Assembly (NCBI GenBank): GCA_017935245.1
Contig: JAGBHZ010000011.1
Location: 17,919 to 81,918 of the forward strand
Length of the DNA: 64,000 nt
Direction: 5' to 3'
Source of the DNA: Alphaproteobacteria bacterium
Lineage (GTDB): Bacteria > Pseudomonadota > Alphaproteobacteria > Rs-D84
In this document: positions 30,133-40,610 of the stretch, one piece after another
Layout: each line of letters opens with the position of its first letter
Position numbering within the stretch: position 1 is the stretch's first letter
The notes under the pieces: generated by a model
What the model saw: only the letters and a program-made list of their open reading frames with translations
What the model was told of the DNA's origin: nothing
Database searches by the model: none
Translations under genes and position numbers: made by a program

Positions 30133-30606
30133 CTATTCGTAATCATCCCAATCGGGACCGCGGGTACAATTGGCCATATCAATCACAAAATCACGACCGC
30201 CATCACCATTTATTTCACACGTTAAAATCCCGGTTGTCGTTTCATCGTCGGCATCACGCGCGGCATGTACCCACGCAAAATTTATCGTTTTTGGTGCCGC
30301 AACACACGCCAGACGCAAATGATGCGACGCGTCGCCACGCGGATCAATCCAGGCCTGGACACTGCCCCCAAGGCCATAACACGGAAAACCATCCAGGTAA
30401 TACAACATCAACCCACGACCAATCAGTGGCGAACGCCCCATAAACTGGCCCCGATATTCATTTAGTTGACGACCGGTTACCGCTTCCCAATCAGTACTGG
30501 TGGAAAAAATTGAAACACGTGGTATCGGTGCGGGCGCATCATCGGCAGAAAACGCCGGACAGGCCGCAATCAATCCACACAAAACAGCAAATATTATTTT
30601 CTTCAT
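30133..30606 (-). CDS. Secreted hypothetical protein, 157 aa
   Basis: Signal peptide MKKIIFAVLCGLIAACPAFSA. Overlaps the upstream gene by 4 nt. Confidence 0.55.
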   Translation of the reverse strand: MKKIIFAVLCGLIAACPAFSADDAPAPIPRVSIFSTSTDWEAVTGRQLNEYRGQFMGRSPLIGRGLMLYYLDGFPCYGLGGSVQAWIDPRGDASHHLRLACVAAPKTINFAWVHAARDADDETTTGILTCEINGDGGRDFVIDMANCTRGPDWDDYE

Positions 30607-31124
30607 TTTTTTGCCCCACCGTTGGTTAATAAGCGAACATCAATACTTTTTATATCAGACGTAACAGGCGCAGATAAAACATGCCTGAATTCCGAGGACG
30701 CGCCGGCATCCAACAATGTTGCAGATGGCATAAATTTTTGGCGCGAAATTATGCGCCCCGTGGCGTCGCGCAATATTATTTCCAAATCTGGGACACCGTA
30801 AATATCATCTGTCTGATTCTGAATCGTGCCGGTTACAACCAATTGGCGCACACCATCGGCGGTGGTTACCACCTGGTGCCCGGTAACCGATGCATAAAGA
30901 GGTTCTTGCTTTCGCGGGTCGGGACGATTGGTTACAATAACCGCAACAACAAAAATTATCGCAGACAACAATGCACAAAGCGACGCAAAGAACATCAAAA
31001 ACGTGTTTCGACGCGCCGGGGCCGCGACCGTCCATGTATTGCCACAAATCGCACAGCGCACCGTTGATCCGGCCCGTGCCGACATGTTATATTCTGTTTT
31101 ACAAAAATCACATACTGTTTTCAT
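30603..31124 (-). CDS. MJ0042-type zinc-ribbon membrane protein (DUF3426-like)
   Basis: CDFCKTEY ... RCAICGN zinc ribbon, then one TM segment, then a beta-rich domain. Confidence 0.6.
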   Translation of the reverse strand: MKTVCDFCKTEYNMSARAGSTVRCAICGNTWTVAAPARRNTFLMFFASLCALLSAIIFVVAVIVTNRPDPRKQEPLYASVTGHQVVTTADGVRQLVVTGTIQNQTDDIYGVPDLEIILRDATGRIISRQKFMPSATLLDAGASSEFRHVLSAPVTSDIKSIDVRLLTNGGAKK

Positions 31125-31144
31125 ATCAATACTTATACCACAAA

Positions 31145-32467
31145 TTATTCTAAATTCAACAGGCGATATTTCGCACGAACACGTGTCTGGATTTCACGTA
31201 TCGCGTTCATATAATCTGCAACCGTTGCGTTCTTGTTTGCGGATACAGCACCAAAAATCTTAGACGTTTCGGTACCGGCAACGCGTTCAAAATGCGCGGC
31301 AAATGTTGCCAATCGCGACAATTCCGCCAAGGTAACATCTGAAAAATTCGCATTGGATGATTTTACATCCCAATAAAAGTTTGAATCACGCGAATCCGCT
31401 ATCATATCATACACGACCAGGCGCGGTGTTATAGAACCTGCAAAACCAACCGTTGTATATATCGATTCAATACGGCCCGCCATCATATCCAGTGATTCAT
31501 TAATCTTTAAAACCGCCGGTAATTCACGATAATTATCATCATATGCATCTATCGACAGCCCAGACAGTGTCATATTTGTTACCCATAAATCACCCGTTGA
31601 AAATGATGAAAATTTCGCTACATCCGCCAGGGAAAAGGTATTTGAAACCTCCATCGTGCGACCATCCGAAGACAGGCCGCCCGCAACCGTTGCCGTGTTT
31701 GATGTGAACGTGGTATCGATTGTTGTTCTGTTTTGAAAAATCAAATCGCGAACAGACGCAATGTTTAATGTCAAATCTTCGGACAACTGAATCGATTTCG
31801 CGTTAAAAAAAGCTGTGTTTCGTATGTCGTGCCCCCCAAGATTTAGCGGCGACATCATTGTCGCATCATCGATATCATCCGATGGAACACGCCACAAATA
31901 TAACGCATTATCGCGACGCACCGACGTTGTACCAACAATTCCATCAGATGTATTTAACCCCATATCAACCGCGTCATTGTGCCACGATGAAAACGCGCCA
32001 TACGCACGGGTCCCATCAACAAACCCCATACGACCACCACCCAGATTTACAATTTCACGTGTACGGATTGGTGTTATATCGGGCGAAGAATATACAACAA
32101 CCCCTTGCAGGGTGGCACTGCCCGTGGTGTCGGACGATTTCAAGATACGCAACTGATATTTTTCGGCATCATCAACAATCCCCGGCGCCAGTCCATAATC
32201 AGATAAATCTGCCAATTCCAGACGCGTTATATTTTTACCAACCGTCTTTAATAATTCCGCACGGTTTTCAACAATGTATCGTTCCAGAACATTTTGAACA
32301 CTTTCCATTTGACGCGCAACCGCAATATTCTTTGCACGCATGACCGCATTTTGATGATACTGAAAAATAAATGGTATTACCAATGCAGCCAATGCCACAC
32401 TAAGCAGCAATTCAACCAGCATATTGCCGTTTTCATGTACAGAAAAAATTCGTGTTAATCGTTTCAT
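31145..32467 (-). CDS. Large type IV pilin-like protein, PilV/shufflon-N-like (C)
   Basis: Prepilin motif HENG|NMLVELLLSVALAALV (Glu at +5), LGGGRMGFVDGTRAYGAFSSW, and LYLWRVPSDD..MMSPLNLGGHDIRN. Confidence 0.6.
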   Translation of the reverse strand: MKRLTRIFSVHENGNMLVELLLSVALAALVIPFIFQYHQNAVMRAKNIAVARQMESVQNVLERYIVENRAELLKTVGKNITRLELADLSDYGLAPGIVDDAEKYQLRILKSSDTTGSATLQGVVVYSSPDITPIRTREIVNLGGGRMGFVDGTRAYGAFSSWHNDAVDMGLNTSDGIVGTTSVRRDNALYLWRVPSDDIDDATMMSPLNLGGHDIRNTAFFNAKSIQLSEDLTLNIASVRDLIFQNRTTIDTTFTSNTATVAGGLSSDGRTMEVSNTFSLADVAKFSSFSTGDLWVTNMTLSGLSIDAYDDNYRELPAVLKINESLDMMAGRIESIYTTVGFAGSITPRLVVYDMIADSRDSNFYWDVKSSNANFSDVTLAELSRLATFAAHFERVAGTETSKIFGAVSANKNATVADYMNAIREIQTRVRAKYRLLNLE

Positions 32468-32468
32468 T

Positions 32469-33683
32469 TTATTCCATTGTTGGGGCTGGCATATTTGTCG
32501 TTTGCCAGCCAGATTTCATAATATTACTAAATTCATTTTTATCCGGCATTTGCGGCATTTTCGCACGCGATATGGTCAGCGAACGAAACGATGGTGGCTT
32601 TGTCGATGGAAATACCCAGTTGCCAAATTTAATCGGGGCCAGCGTGGACATTAACAATTCACCAGATACCGTTAAACCAAAATCTTCGTAAAAAATAATT
32701 TCTTCGGTTGATAAAAATGGCGCAACAACCGTGCCGGTTGACACGCCGGCAAAACCACTGATGGTGCGGGTAGAATCAGACTTTAACACCAAATCACGCG
32801 ATACATTAATTGAATTAGTTACCGTTGCACGATCGGCAATAATACGACCCGATGTAGTATATGTTTTTCCATTTAATTTATCGGCGTATATATTCTTGAA
32901 ACCGGTAATATCGCCCGACACACGCATACTATCAATAAACACATCACCACCATCCAGGTTCGCACCAGATGAAAAATATACGTTTTCAGCCGCAACATCT
33001 GTGGCGTTCATGAAAACAGTTGTCATATCGTTTGACGATACAGAATCCGCAGATATTGTCGCAACATTGTACACATTATATCCCGCCATGTTTAAATCGC
33101 GTTCCATAACGTTCAAATTATCTTCACCCGATGTGGCACGATGTAAATATCGTGATGTATCTTCGCCGGAAACATCGCGTGCAATGCGATAAATCAAATG
33201 CCCCGGCTTAAAATCAGGCGCCGCCACCGCCCAAGACGCACCATAGGCAACACCATCATCGGCAACAATCGCTGCATCAGATCCAATATGCGACGCAATT
33301 CGGGATGCTGCCATTAGATTTTCACCAATGTCATACGCCAGATATACATCCGTTATCGTTGCACCACGCACAGAATATTTATCAATAAATCCAGCCACCG
33401 GCATATCTGAAATCGCCTGCAATTCTTCGGAATCCAATTTTATTTGTGCAACATCAGGCCATGTGTCTTGGTTCAAACGTACATAATTCAAAACGTTGCC
33501 GCGCACAGACATAACGTCATGCGCATACGACATATCACGAACAGTTTGCGTACTGCGCGCAATTTGGTTATAAACAAACGGTGTGGCCAGCGCAATTATC
33601 CCCAGTGCCAGCAATACTTCAAGAACACTGGCACCGCGGGTTTGATCTGAAAAAAATGTCGTTTTACATACAGTCATTTCCAC
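32469..33683 (-). CDS. Large type IV pilin-like protein, PilV/shufflon-N-like (B)
   Basis: QTRG|ASVLEVLLALGIIALA and RYLHRATSGEDNLNVMERDLNMAGYNVYN. Confidence 0.6.
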   Translation of the reverse strand: MEMTVCKTTFFSDQTRGASVLEVLLALGIIALATPFVYNQIARSTQTVRDMSYAHDVMSVRGNVLNYVRLNQDTWPDVAQIKLDSEELQAISDMPVAGFIDKYSVRGATITDVYLAYDIGENLMAASRIASHIGSDAAIVADDGVAYGASWAVAAPDFKPGHLIYRIARDVSGEDTSRYLHRATSGEDNLNVMERDLNMAGYNVYNVATISADSVSSNDMTTVFMNATDVAAENVYFSSGANLDGGDVFIDSMRVSGDITGFKNIYADKLNGKTYTTSGRIIADRATVTNSINVSRDLVLKSDSTRTISGFAGVSTGTVVAPFLSTEEIIFYEDFGLTVSGELLMSTLAPIKFGNWVFPSTKPPSFRSLTISRAKMPQMPDKNEFSNIMKSGWQTTNMPAPTME

Positions 33684-35019
33684 CCGCCATTAAACATTGT
33701 TTTATATCTATTCGATGTTCCAAACGCTGCCAGAAAACATATTGACATATTATATTCTGGGCCAATGATTTTGAATTATAAACACCATCAAAATCAATAA
33801 TTATATCCTTGCACGTGATGGTATCAGATGTATCCGATTTAGCATCTTTGATAATTGTAAATTTATCATTACTGATTGTATCAACCAACGCATCGGGCAA
33901 CAATGATGTGCCCGCGGGACGAATATCTAAAATTGCCGCACCGGTACCACCCGCGGTCAACCCCTGGGACGTTTGGTCGCGTACTGTAATGTTAGACGCA
34001 TATACAGTGCCCGCTTCGATACCACTTTTGGTGCTGTATTCCAATGTATCGTAATCAATAAAAACGTCCTGGCCGCGGGCAACATTTAAATAGGCATCAA
34101 TATCCAATCTTTCCACGCTAAGATTGATACGATTTGTAACCACACTGCCATGAACGTTCCAGTTGGCCGGACCGGTAAATGACGTACGACCAGCCGTCAT
34201 CGAAAAATCAGATACCGCCGCCGTATTTGATGCAAAATTGCCCGTATCACCAAAATTCGCAACCGTACGCGCGTCAATCGCCCCAAGCATTAAAGACCCA
34301 CGCGTTAGCGCCAGGGCTGATTCACCAGAACGATTCTGGAATACAGTTTTATTCGCAGTTATATTTTGTATATCGTTTTGTAATTTTCGCCCAGATTCAA
34401 CACCAACAATACTTAGTGTTGAAAACTGGCCCGTTTCAAATTCGCCATGGGATGCAAAAACATTACCCGCACCATTAAACGAAAACGTCCCCATATCAAT
34501 GTCTGTTAAAAATCCACTGTTATCCAGATTCGGTTCATTGCGCCGGACAACATCTGAATAATCATCGGTTAAAACAATTCCAATACGCACACCATTTTCA
34601 TATCGCGACGCATAGAAACCAACACGACGCACCAATTCCGCCAATTCCAGTTCAGACAAATCACCGCCGGTTATTTCCAAGTACGCCGAAATATCCACCG
34701 GCGTTTTATTAATAACCAACGCAATATCTTGACCGATTGCCGTGCGTGGCACAAATCCCAGTGGCAGTCCATATGGTTCCAAGGTATCCGCAAAAGAATC
34801 ACCGGCAACAATTGTCTGACCATAGGGAATCAAACGTGAATTTTCACGAATAAATATGCGCGATGCAGTGGACGCATTATCAATCTGGCGCGTGGCGGCG
34901 TACATTTGTGCATCAAAATTACGCGACGCCAATTGCGTTGCCATAAACGGAATAAAGGCAAAAACCAACGATAATGCCAATAAAGCCTGGACTAAAAAAT
35001 TACCGGATTGATGTCGCAC
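33664..35019 (-). CDS. Large type IV pilin-like protein (A)
   Basis: GTG start. MRHQSG|NFLVQALLALSLVFAF (Gln at +5), and FLTDIDMGTFSFNGAGN. Confidence 0.55.
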   Translation of the reverse strand: MRHQSGNFLVQALLALSLVFAFIPFMATQLASRNFDAQMYAATRQIDNASTASRIFIRENSRLIPYGQTIVAGDSFADTLEPYGLPLGFVPRTAIGQDIALVINKTPVDISAYLEITGGDLSELELAELVRRVGFYASRYENGVRIGIVLTDDYSDVVRRNEPNLDNSGFLTDIDMGTFSFNGAGNVFASHGEFETGQFSTLSIVGVESGRKLQNDIQNITANKTVFQNRSGESALALTRGSLMLGAIDARTVANFGDTGNFASNTAAVSDFSMTAGRTSFTGPANWNVHGSVVTNRINLSVERLDIDAYLNVARGQDVFIDYDTLEYSTKSGIEAGTVYASNITVRDQTSQGLTAGGTGAAILDIRPAGTSLLPDALVDTISNDKFTIIKDAKSDTSDTITCKDIIIDFDGVYNSKSLAQNIICQYVFWQRLEHRIDIKQCLMAGGNDCM

Positions 35020-35050
35020 GAAATATTTATCCCCCCTGCTACTATTCCCC

Positions 35051-35079
35051 AGGATAGCAACTGAAAAAAATTATTGCAA
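35051..35079 (-). promoter_or_regulatory. Candidate promoter TTGCAA-17-TATCCT for the pilin-like operon
   Basis: Read on the minus strand. Spacing counted by hand. Confidence 0.3.
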
Positions 35080-35174
35080 TCAGTTTTCAGATAGATTAAT
35101 ATTCATCACGTTGAATTGGTAATGAAGTTAGGGTCATTACATAATAATTTCCAGGTTAATAAAAAAGATATAAT

Positions 35175-35492
35175 ATGCAAAATAAAAAAAATCAATCCGC
35201 AGTCGGCCAGATGATTCAACGTTGTCATAAATGGCGCCAAAAACGCAAACAACTGATTGACCAGGCGCGCCAGACAAACGATGAAATTGAACGCGAACGC
35301 CTGTTACAGGCGGCGGAACACTATTGCCGCATGGTTAACACAGAACAGGGAAAAATTGATTCCAGCCGCGACACAAAAGAAAAAGCCGCCGCAGAAAAAG
35401 CAATCGCCGAAGCCGATGCAAACGCCGCATCCGACAAAGAAGACGATGACGAAGATACTGTGTTACCAGAATTTATTACAAGCCTGAATTAA
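35175..35492 (+). CDS. Hypothetical charged protein, 105 aa
   Basis: Lys/Glu/Asp-rich ORF with no family recognised. Confidence 0.4.
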   Translation: MQNKKNQSAVGQMIQRCHKWRQKRKQLIDQARQTNDEIERERLLQAAEHYCRMVNTEQGKIDSSRDTKEKAAAEKAIAEADANAASDKEDDDEDTVLPEFITSLN

Positions 35493-35566
35493 AACCAATA
35501 TTTTCATACTTTATTTGTTGAAATTTAACGGTGTTTTGCTATTGTATTGCAAAAGGAAGTTTTAGC

Positions 35567-37132
35567 ATGGATAACAATTACACCGTTTTAGCCCGCAAAT
35601 ACCGCAGCCAAGATTTTCAAACCCTTATCGGTCAAGATGTTTTGGTCAAGACATTGACCACCGCAATTAACACCGGACGTATTGCACACGCATATATTTT
35701 TACAGGAATTCGTGGCACGGGTAAAACCAGTACGGCACGCATCTTGGCCAAGGCGTTAAATTGCCTGTCATCAGACCGCGCAACGGCAACACCATGCGGC
35801 AATTGCGAAAACTGTAAATCCATTGCGGCGGGACAACATATTGACGTTATGGAAATTGACGCCGCGTCGCATACAGGCGTTGATAATATGCGCGACATCT
35901 TGGACGCGGCACAATATCGCCCAACAAATGGCCGGTACAAGGTTTATATTATTGACGAAGTTCACATGTTATCAACCAGCGCATTTAACGCATTGCTTAA
36001 AACACTGGAAGAACCACCGGCACACGTTATATTCATTTTGGCAACAACCGAAATTAGAAAGGTTCCCGTTACCATCTTATCCCGTTGCCAGCGTTTTGAT
36101 TTAACACGCGTTCCGGTTGATACACTAAAAAAACATTTTGCATGGATTGCAGAACAAGAAAAAATAACACTGACCGATGGCGCAAATGAATTATTGGCGC
36201 GCGCGGCCGATGGTTCGGTGCGTGATGGGTTATCCTTGCTGGACCAGGCGATTGCACAAACCGGTGGAAACGTCGATGAAGCGGCCGTATTGGACATGCT
36301 AAAACGTGCCGACCGCGGGGTTGTGGTTGATTTTATGAAAACAATCCTGTCGGGGAATACGGCGGCGGCACTGGACAAGGTTGACCAGATTTATAATAAC
36401 GGCGCAGATTTATCGATGCTGTTGCTGGATATGATGGAATGGACACACTGGGCAACGCGTATGCACCCCAGTTTGCACGCAGGTGATGTTACAAATTCAC
36501 CATATACCGCCGATCAACGCAATCAAATACGCGAAATTAACAAGACTGCGTCATTAAATACACTGTCGCGTATATGGCAGGTTATGGTTGCCGCCGTCCC
36601 AGAAATGCAGGCCAGTGGTAATCAAAAACAATGCTTTGACATGCTTATTGTGCGTATGATGCACATCGCAGATATGCCAACCGTGCCGGAACTGTTAAAG
36701 CAGCAATCTGATACGGCACGACCAAATGTTGCCGCCGTTAAAGAAGCGCTGAATAATCGCGCAATGCAAATGGATGCACCACAACAAAAACCAGATGTCG
36801 TGACCATTACAACGACAAATGAATTGGCCGCGCAATTACAAAATTCAAAAGAGATTTTATTATATTCATACTATTCCAGTAATATAGAAGTGGCAGAAAT
36901 CGAAAACGGACGTATAAAATACTTTGACCGACGCGGGGACGCAGATTTCGCACCCAGATTGGCAAAATGGCTGGCCGATAAAACGGGTTTGCAATGGAAA
37001 CTGGAACGCGCAAAAGAAAGTGTTCACACACACACAATCACAGAACAAAAACAAGAAGAATTAGAAGCAGATCCAATGATTGCCAGTGCAATGAGTTTAT
37101 TTGAAAACGCAGAAATCGTAGGAGTAAAATAA
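35567..37132 (+). CDS. dnaX: DNA polymerase III gamma/tau subunit
   Basis: GIRGTGKTSTARILAKALNC, CGNCENC, IDEVHML and SRCQRF. The ATG at 35567 follows AAGGAAG. Confidence 0.9.
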   Translation: MDNNYTVLARKYRSQDFQTLIGQDVLVKTLTTAINTGRIAHAYIFTGIRGTGKTSTARILAKALNCLSSDRATATPCGNCENCKSIAAGQHIDVMEIDAASHTGVDNMRDILDAAQYRPTNGRYKVYIIDEVHMLSTSAFNALLKTLEEPPAHVIFILATTEIRKVPVTILSRCQRFDLTRVPVDTLKKHFAWIAEQEKITLTDGANELLARAADGSVRDGLSLLDQAIAQTGGNVDEAAVLDMLKRADRGVVVDFMKTILSGNTAAALDKVDQIYNNGADLSMLLLDMMEWTHWATRMHPSLHAGDVTNSPYTADQRNQIREINKTASLNTLSRIWQVMVAAVPEMQASGNQKQCFDMLIVRMMHIADMPTVPELLKQQSDTARPNVAAVKEALNNRAMQMDAPQQKPDVVTITTTNELAAQLQNSKEILLYSYYSSNIEVAEIENGRIKYFDRRGDADFAPRLAKWLADKTGLQWKLERAKESVHTHTITEQKQEELEADPMIASAMSLFENAEIVGVK

Positions 37133-37593
37133 TGAAACATGAATATGGTCGGTCTTTGATTGAAATTGTTGGTGTTATTGCAATTGGTACCGTTATGACG
37201 GCGGCTGCAATCGGTATGTATCGCATGATGCGCGAAAATCATATTCGCACGGTTACAGATGCACAATTGGAACAAATCGCGGGCGATGTAAAAATGCTGC
37301 TGGAAATGCGCGGTGATTACAGTGGGGTTTCGATTGACTATTTAATCAAGGCCGGCGCACTAAAATCTGATAAATCACCAATGGGTGGGGATGATTGGTC
37401 AATCGTGGCCAGTGCAGATGGACAATCATTCTCTATTAACCTGACACAATTAACCCAGGGACAATGTGCATACTTTACAACCGCAATGCCAAAATGGGTT
37501 TCGGCAATGGTCGCTAATGGTTTAGAGGTTCGCGAAAATTCAGATAACTGTTTTTCAACACCGACAAATCAAATATCGTTTATTGTGGAATAA
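37132..37593 (+). CDS. Type IV pilin-like protein (small, 153 aa)
   Basis: MKHEYG|RSLIEIVGVIAIGTVM with Glu at +5. The ATG overlaps the dnaX stop (TAATG). Confidence 0.65.
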   Translation: MKHEYGRSLIEIVGVIAIGTVMTAAAIGMYRMMRENHIRTVTDAQLEQIAGDVKMLLEMRGDYSGVSIDYLIKAGALKSDKSPMGGDDWSIVASADGQSFSINLTQLTQGQCAYFTTAMPKWVSAMVANGLEVRENSDNCFSTPTNQISFIVE

Positions 37594-38271
37594 ATGAATA
37601 AATACATTAAATATTTACCAATCGCACTGATATTAACCGCGTGCGCGGGATATGTTGCACCAGCGCGCAATACGTGGGGTACATACCTGAACGGGGCCAG
37701 TTTCACAGACATGACCGATATGGCACGCGTGGCAAAACGCCCTGTGTTCTTGGGCGCCGGCGGACAATTGGTGTTGGATGCAGATGTAACAGACGTACCC
37801 GCCGAATACGGGGACAAGGCCGCAATTGATAACGCACGAATAATCAAATATATGACCACCATAGAAAATGAATTATATGACACCCTGCGAAAACCGGGAA
37901 TTTCGGTTCAACGCGCGGGAACCGATGTCGTTGTTATATTGGTGCGGGATGCAATTATGGAAATAAATGCGGCGGCAATATCGGCAACGGGTGATGATAC
38001 ACTGAATAAAATCAGCAAGATTTTAAACAAATATAACGCAACATTTGTCGAAATCGCCGGATACACAGACGCAATGCGCGATACACGGGCGGCACAATCA
38101 CTGTCTGATGATATGGCAAAGCGGGTGGCGGTATATCTGGGTCAGCATGGCGTTAACACAACACGTATGTTTATTGTGGGTCGTGGTGCCGCACGCCCAA
38201 TCGCCGCCCAGGATAATGTTGGCCGGTTAATGAATCGGCGTGTCGAATTACGCATTGTTCCGGCACGATAA
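37594..38271 (+). CDS. OmpA/MotB-domain lipoprotein
   Basis: Lipobox LILTAC. C-terminus IAGYTDAMRDTRAAQSLSDDMAKRVAVYL ... NRRVEL. Confidence 0.7.
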   Translation: MNKYIKYLPIALILTACAGYVAPARNTWGTYLNGASFTDMTDMARVAKRPVFLGAGGQLVLDADVTDVPAEYGDKAAIDNARIIKYMTTIENELYDTLRKPGISVQRAGTDVVVILVRDAIMEINAAAISATGDDTLNKISKILNKYNATFVEIAGYTDAMRDTRAAQSLSDDMAKRVAVYLGQHGVNTTRMFIVGRGAARPIAAQDNVGRLMNRRVELRIVPAR

Positions 38272-38365
38272 GATATGACAACTTTCTCTTTCCATTTATA
38301 TTTTTTATTGTTATAGTTGAATTGCAAAAAAATAAAAAAAACAAACAAACTAAAAGGATGGAAAA

Positions 38366-39031
38366 ATGGCAACAAAAGCAAATGTAAATCCCGCCACAAA
38401 AAATTATGCAAAAATTGGCATTATCGCTGCAATCGTTATCGCGGTGGCCGCGGGTGGGGCATGGCTGGTTTCGGCAATGAATAATAATTCCGGCGCAACC
38501 GTCGAAGAATCAATGGAGGCCGTTTCCGCCGATGCGATGAACGGGGCAAATCTGCGTATTGCGGTTATTCGCATGGATGAAATTCAAAACGAAGCCGTGG
38601 CATTAAAAGATTTGCGCAAACAAAAAGAAAACTATGAATCTAAATTGCGTGATGAATTAACCAAACGCCAAAAAGAATTAGAAAAAGAAAAGGCAGAAAT
38701 TGAAAAATCACAAGATGTTTTGTCCCGCGAAGCATTACAACGTCGCGTTGTTGATTACCAAGGACGCGTTAACGATTTGCAACGTGATTTAACCGAACGC
38801 GCACAAAGCATCGAAATGTCTTTCCAAAAGGCGTTAAATGAAGTTCAGACAAAGCACCTGGACCCAATTATCGAAGGCACAATCGCAAAAAAGAAATTGT
38901 CCTTGGTTATTGATGGTCGTTTTGCACGCACAGGCGCAGATGCAGAAAACCTGGACATCACAGAAGAAATTGTAAAGGCGTTGGATAAAAAAGTATCCAA
39001 GGTTAAAATGGACACCCCAAAAGGGTTCTAG
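38366..39031 (+). CDS. OmpH/Skp-like periplasmic chaperone
   Basis: N-terminal anchor followed by a long coiled region, LKDLRKQKENYESKLRDELTKRQKELEKEKAE. Confidence 0.55.
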   Translation: MATKANVNPATKNYAKIGIIAAIVIAVAAGGAWLVSAMNNNSGATVEESMEAVSADAMNGANLRIAVIRMDEIQNEAVALKDLRKQKENYESKLRDELTKRQKELEKEKAEIEKSQDVLSREALQRRVVDYQGRVNDLQRDLTERAQSIEMSFQKALNEVQTKHLDPIIEGTIAKKKLSLVIDGRFARTGADAENLDITEEIVKALDKKVSKVKMDTPKGF

Positions 39032-39036
39032 TCAAA

Positions 39037-39066
39037 ATAAAAACCCGCAAAATGCGGGTTTTTTAT
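39037..39066. terminator. Bidirectional terminator
   Basis: AAAAACCCGCaaaaTGCGGGTTTTTT. Confidence 0.7.
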
Positions 39067-39365
39067 TTTTTTGTTTTGTTTTTTTTGGACGTATTTTTAT
39101 TCGCGTCATCATCCCCAAGAATTTGCATCTGCATCTTTAAAATTGTGTTTTCTTTGTCCTGGATTCGTTGCAGCAGGTTCATGTTTTCAAGTTTTATCTT
39201 TTCAAGAGCCTGGCGACTGATTACCACCTGGTTCGCCATTTTTCTGCGATTCTTGCGATTCAGGATGAAACCAACAAATACACCAATTGTCGCGCCAATT
39301 GACGCGCTTAATACATCAAAAAGTGTTTCCATAACAACCATGGAAACACCATAACATTTCATCAA
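39063..39365 (-). CDS. Small membrane/coiled-coil protein (start uncertain)
   Basis: TM segment LSASIGATIGVFVGFIL, then a coiled region and a Lys-rich tail. The overlapping plus-strand ORF looks less protein-like. Confidence 0.4.
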   Translation of the reverse strand: MMKCYGVSMVVMETLFDVLSASIGATIGVFVGFILNRKNRRKMANQVVISRQALEKIKLENMNLLQRIQDKENTILKMQMQILGDDDANKNTSKKNKTKK

Positions 39366-39375
39366 TTAAAATACA

Positions 39376-39978
39376 CTAGGCTTCTTTTCGCATGCCGGTT
39401 TTGGCATTAATCCAAACACGTTCGTCGGCAATTTCCATCATTGGCATATCAGATTTACTGTCCGAATAAGAACGAACAACATGCGGAATTATTTTATTCT
39501 GTTTCGCCCATTCGTCCAGGGCATAAACCTTGTTCGGACCCCAGCATAAATATTCATATTTCCATGGACGTTCTTTATCCATGCGCGAACACAGAACCGC
39601 ATCAAATTTCATATCACGTACCAATTGCGGGACAAGGTAATCGGTACTGGCCGAAACAAGAACAACCGTACGACCCGCATCACGTTCGGCGGCAACGCGT
39701 TCACGCGCCCATCCAAAACGTTCCCGTTTGTGCAACTTGATAAATTCAGGGGCAAATTTTTTTACCATATCACGTGTTAAAAAACGACGGATATTTTCAC
39801 GCCACCACACGCCGTTTGGCCGTACCCAGCGCGCAATACCACATACCATCATCAATGGCAAATACAACCATGGACGCAATGAATGACGAAAACAATATCG
39901 TGCAAATTCTATGTTCGAATCACGCGCCGACAATGTACCATCAAAATCAAATACAACAACGTCTGTTTTTTTTAACAT
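39376..39978 (-). CDS. HAD-superfamily (subfamily IB-like) hydrolase
   Basis: Motif I VVFDFDGTLS and motif II VLVSAST. Confidence 0.7.
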   Translation of the reverse strand: MLKKTDVVVFDFDGTLSARDSNIEFARYCFRHSLRPWLYLPLMMVCGIARWVRPNGVWWRENIRRFLTRDMVKKFAPEFIKLHKRERFGWARERVAAERDAGRTVVLVSASTDYLVPQLVRDMKFDAVLCSRMDKERPWKYEYLCWGPNKVYALDEWAKQNKIIPHVVRSYSDSKSDMPMMEIADERVWINAKTGMRKEA

Positions 39979-40036
39979 ATTTTTTCCTTATTTTTTGTTT
40001 GCGCACAGTATAACAATGATTTTATTCCCACGCAAA

Positions 40037-40062
40037 TAAAATCCCGCCATTGGCGGGTGATT
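40037..40062 (-). terminator. Terminator-like hairpin between the sORF and the HAD gene
   Basis: Minus strand reads CACCCGCCaatgGGCGGGATTTTATTT. Confidence 0.5.
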
Positions 40063-40072
40063 CTTTATTTAA

Positions 40073-40135
40073 TTACAATCGGTGTCCATGTGGCATAACC
40101 GCCATAAGCGATGTTAATATTATCTTCTTTATCAT
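40073..40135 (-). CDS. Candidate 20-codon small ORF (MIKKIILTSLMAVMPHGHRL)
   Basis: Below the ORF-track cutoff. AAGGAAAG Shine-Dalgarno 5 nt upstream of the ATG, promoter TTGTTG-17-TATACT upstream, hairpin downstream. Confidence 0.35.
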   Translation of the reverse strand: MIKKIILTSLMAVMPHGHRL

Positions 40136-40173
40136 TATTTCTTTCCTTGGGCTTTTATATATCGGACGATGTT

Positions 40174-40202
40174 AGTATAGATTGAAAAAATACACTCAAC
40201 AA
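40174..40202 (-). promoter_or_regulatory. Candidate promoter TTGTTG-17-TATACT for the sORF/HAD transcript
   Basis: Read on the minus strand. Spacing counted by hand. Confidence 0.35.
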
Positions 40203-40249
40203 GAATAAAATATTTGACAAATGTTTTTTTTGACAGCAAAATATACCCT

Positions 40250-40606
40250 ATGAAGCCAGAAGTACTAAAATTCTTACACGATGTAATTCGTACACACACG
40301 GTTAGCGTTAATCACGACGAGACCGGGGCCGAATATTCAATCGAAATGGAAAGCGGCGCAATAATTTCTTTTTCATGTGATTATGTGTTTGATGACAAAA
40401 ACAGACCTGGTCGCCACTATTGCATTACATTGGACTGGGACGAAGTGGCCGATGGTTTTTGCCTGGATGGAAAACAACCAACACAAACAACCAAACAGAT
40501 TATCGATTTAATTAGACAGTGTTCAAATAAAATCTTGGCCCAAGAAATGAAATCCAGACAAAATGGAATATTGAATCAAATTGGAAATATAAAAACATAC
40601 AATTAA
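40250..40606 (+). CDS. Hypothetical small protein (tandem paralog 1)
   Basis: The track start at 40214 is a TTG, so I prefer the ATG at 40250 (MKPEVLKFLHD). Shares VSV and IIDLIRQCSNKILAQE / IIQIMRACSAKIMMQE with the next gene. Confidence 0.5.
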   Translation: MKPEVLKFLHDVIRTHTVSVNHDETGAEYSIEMESGAIISFSCDYVFDDKNRPGRHYCITLDWDEVADGFCLDGKQPTQTTKQIIDLIRQCSNKILAQEMKSRQNGILNQIGNIKTYN

Positions 40607-40610
40607 TAAG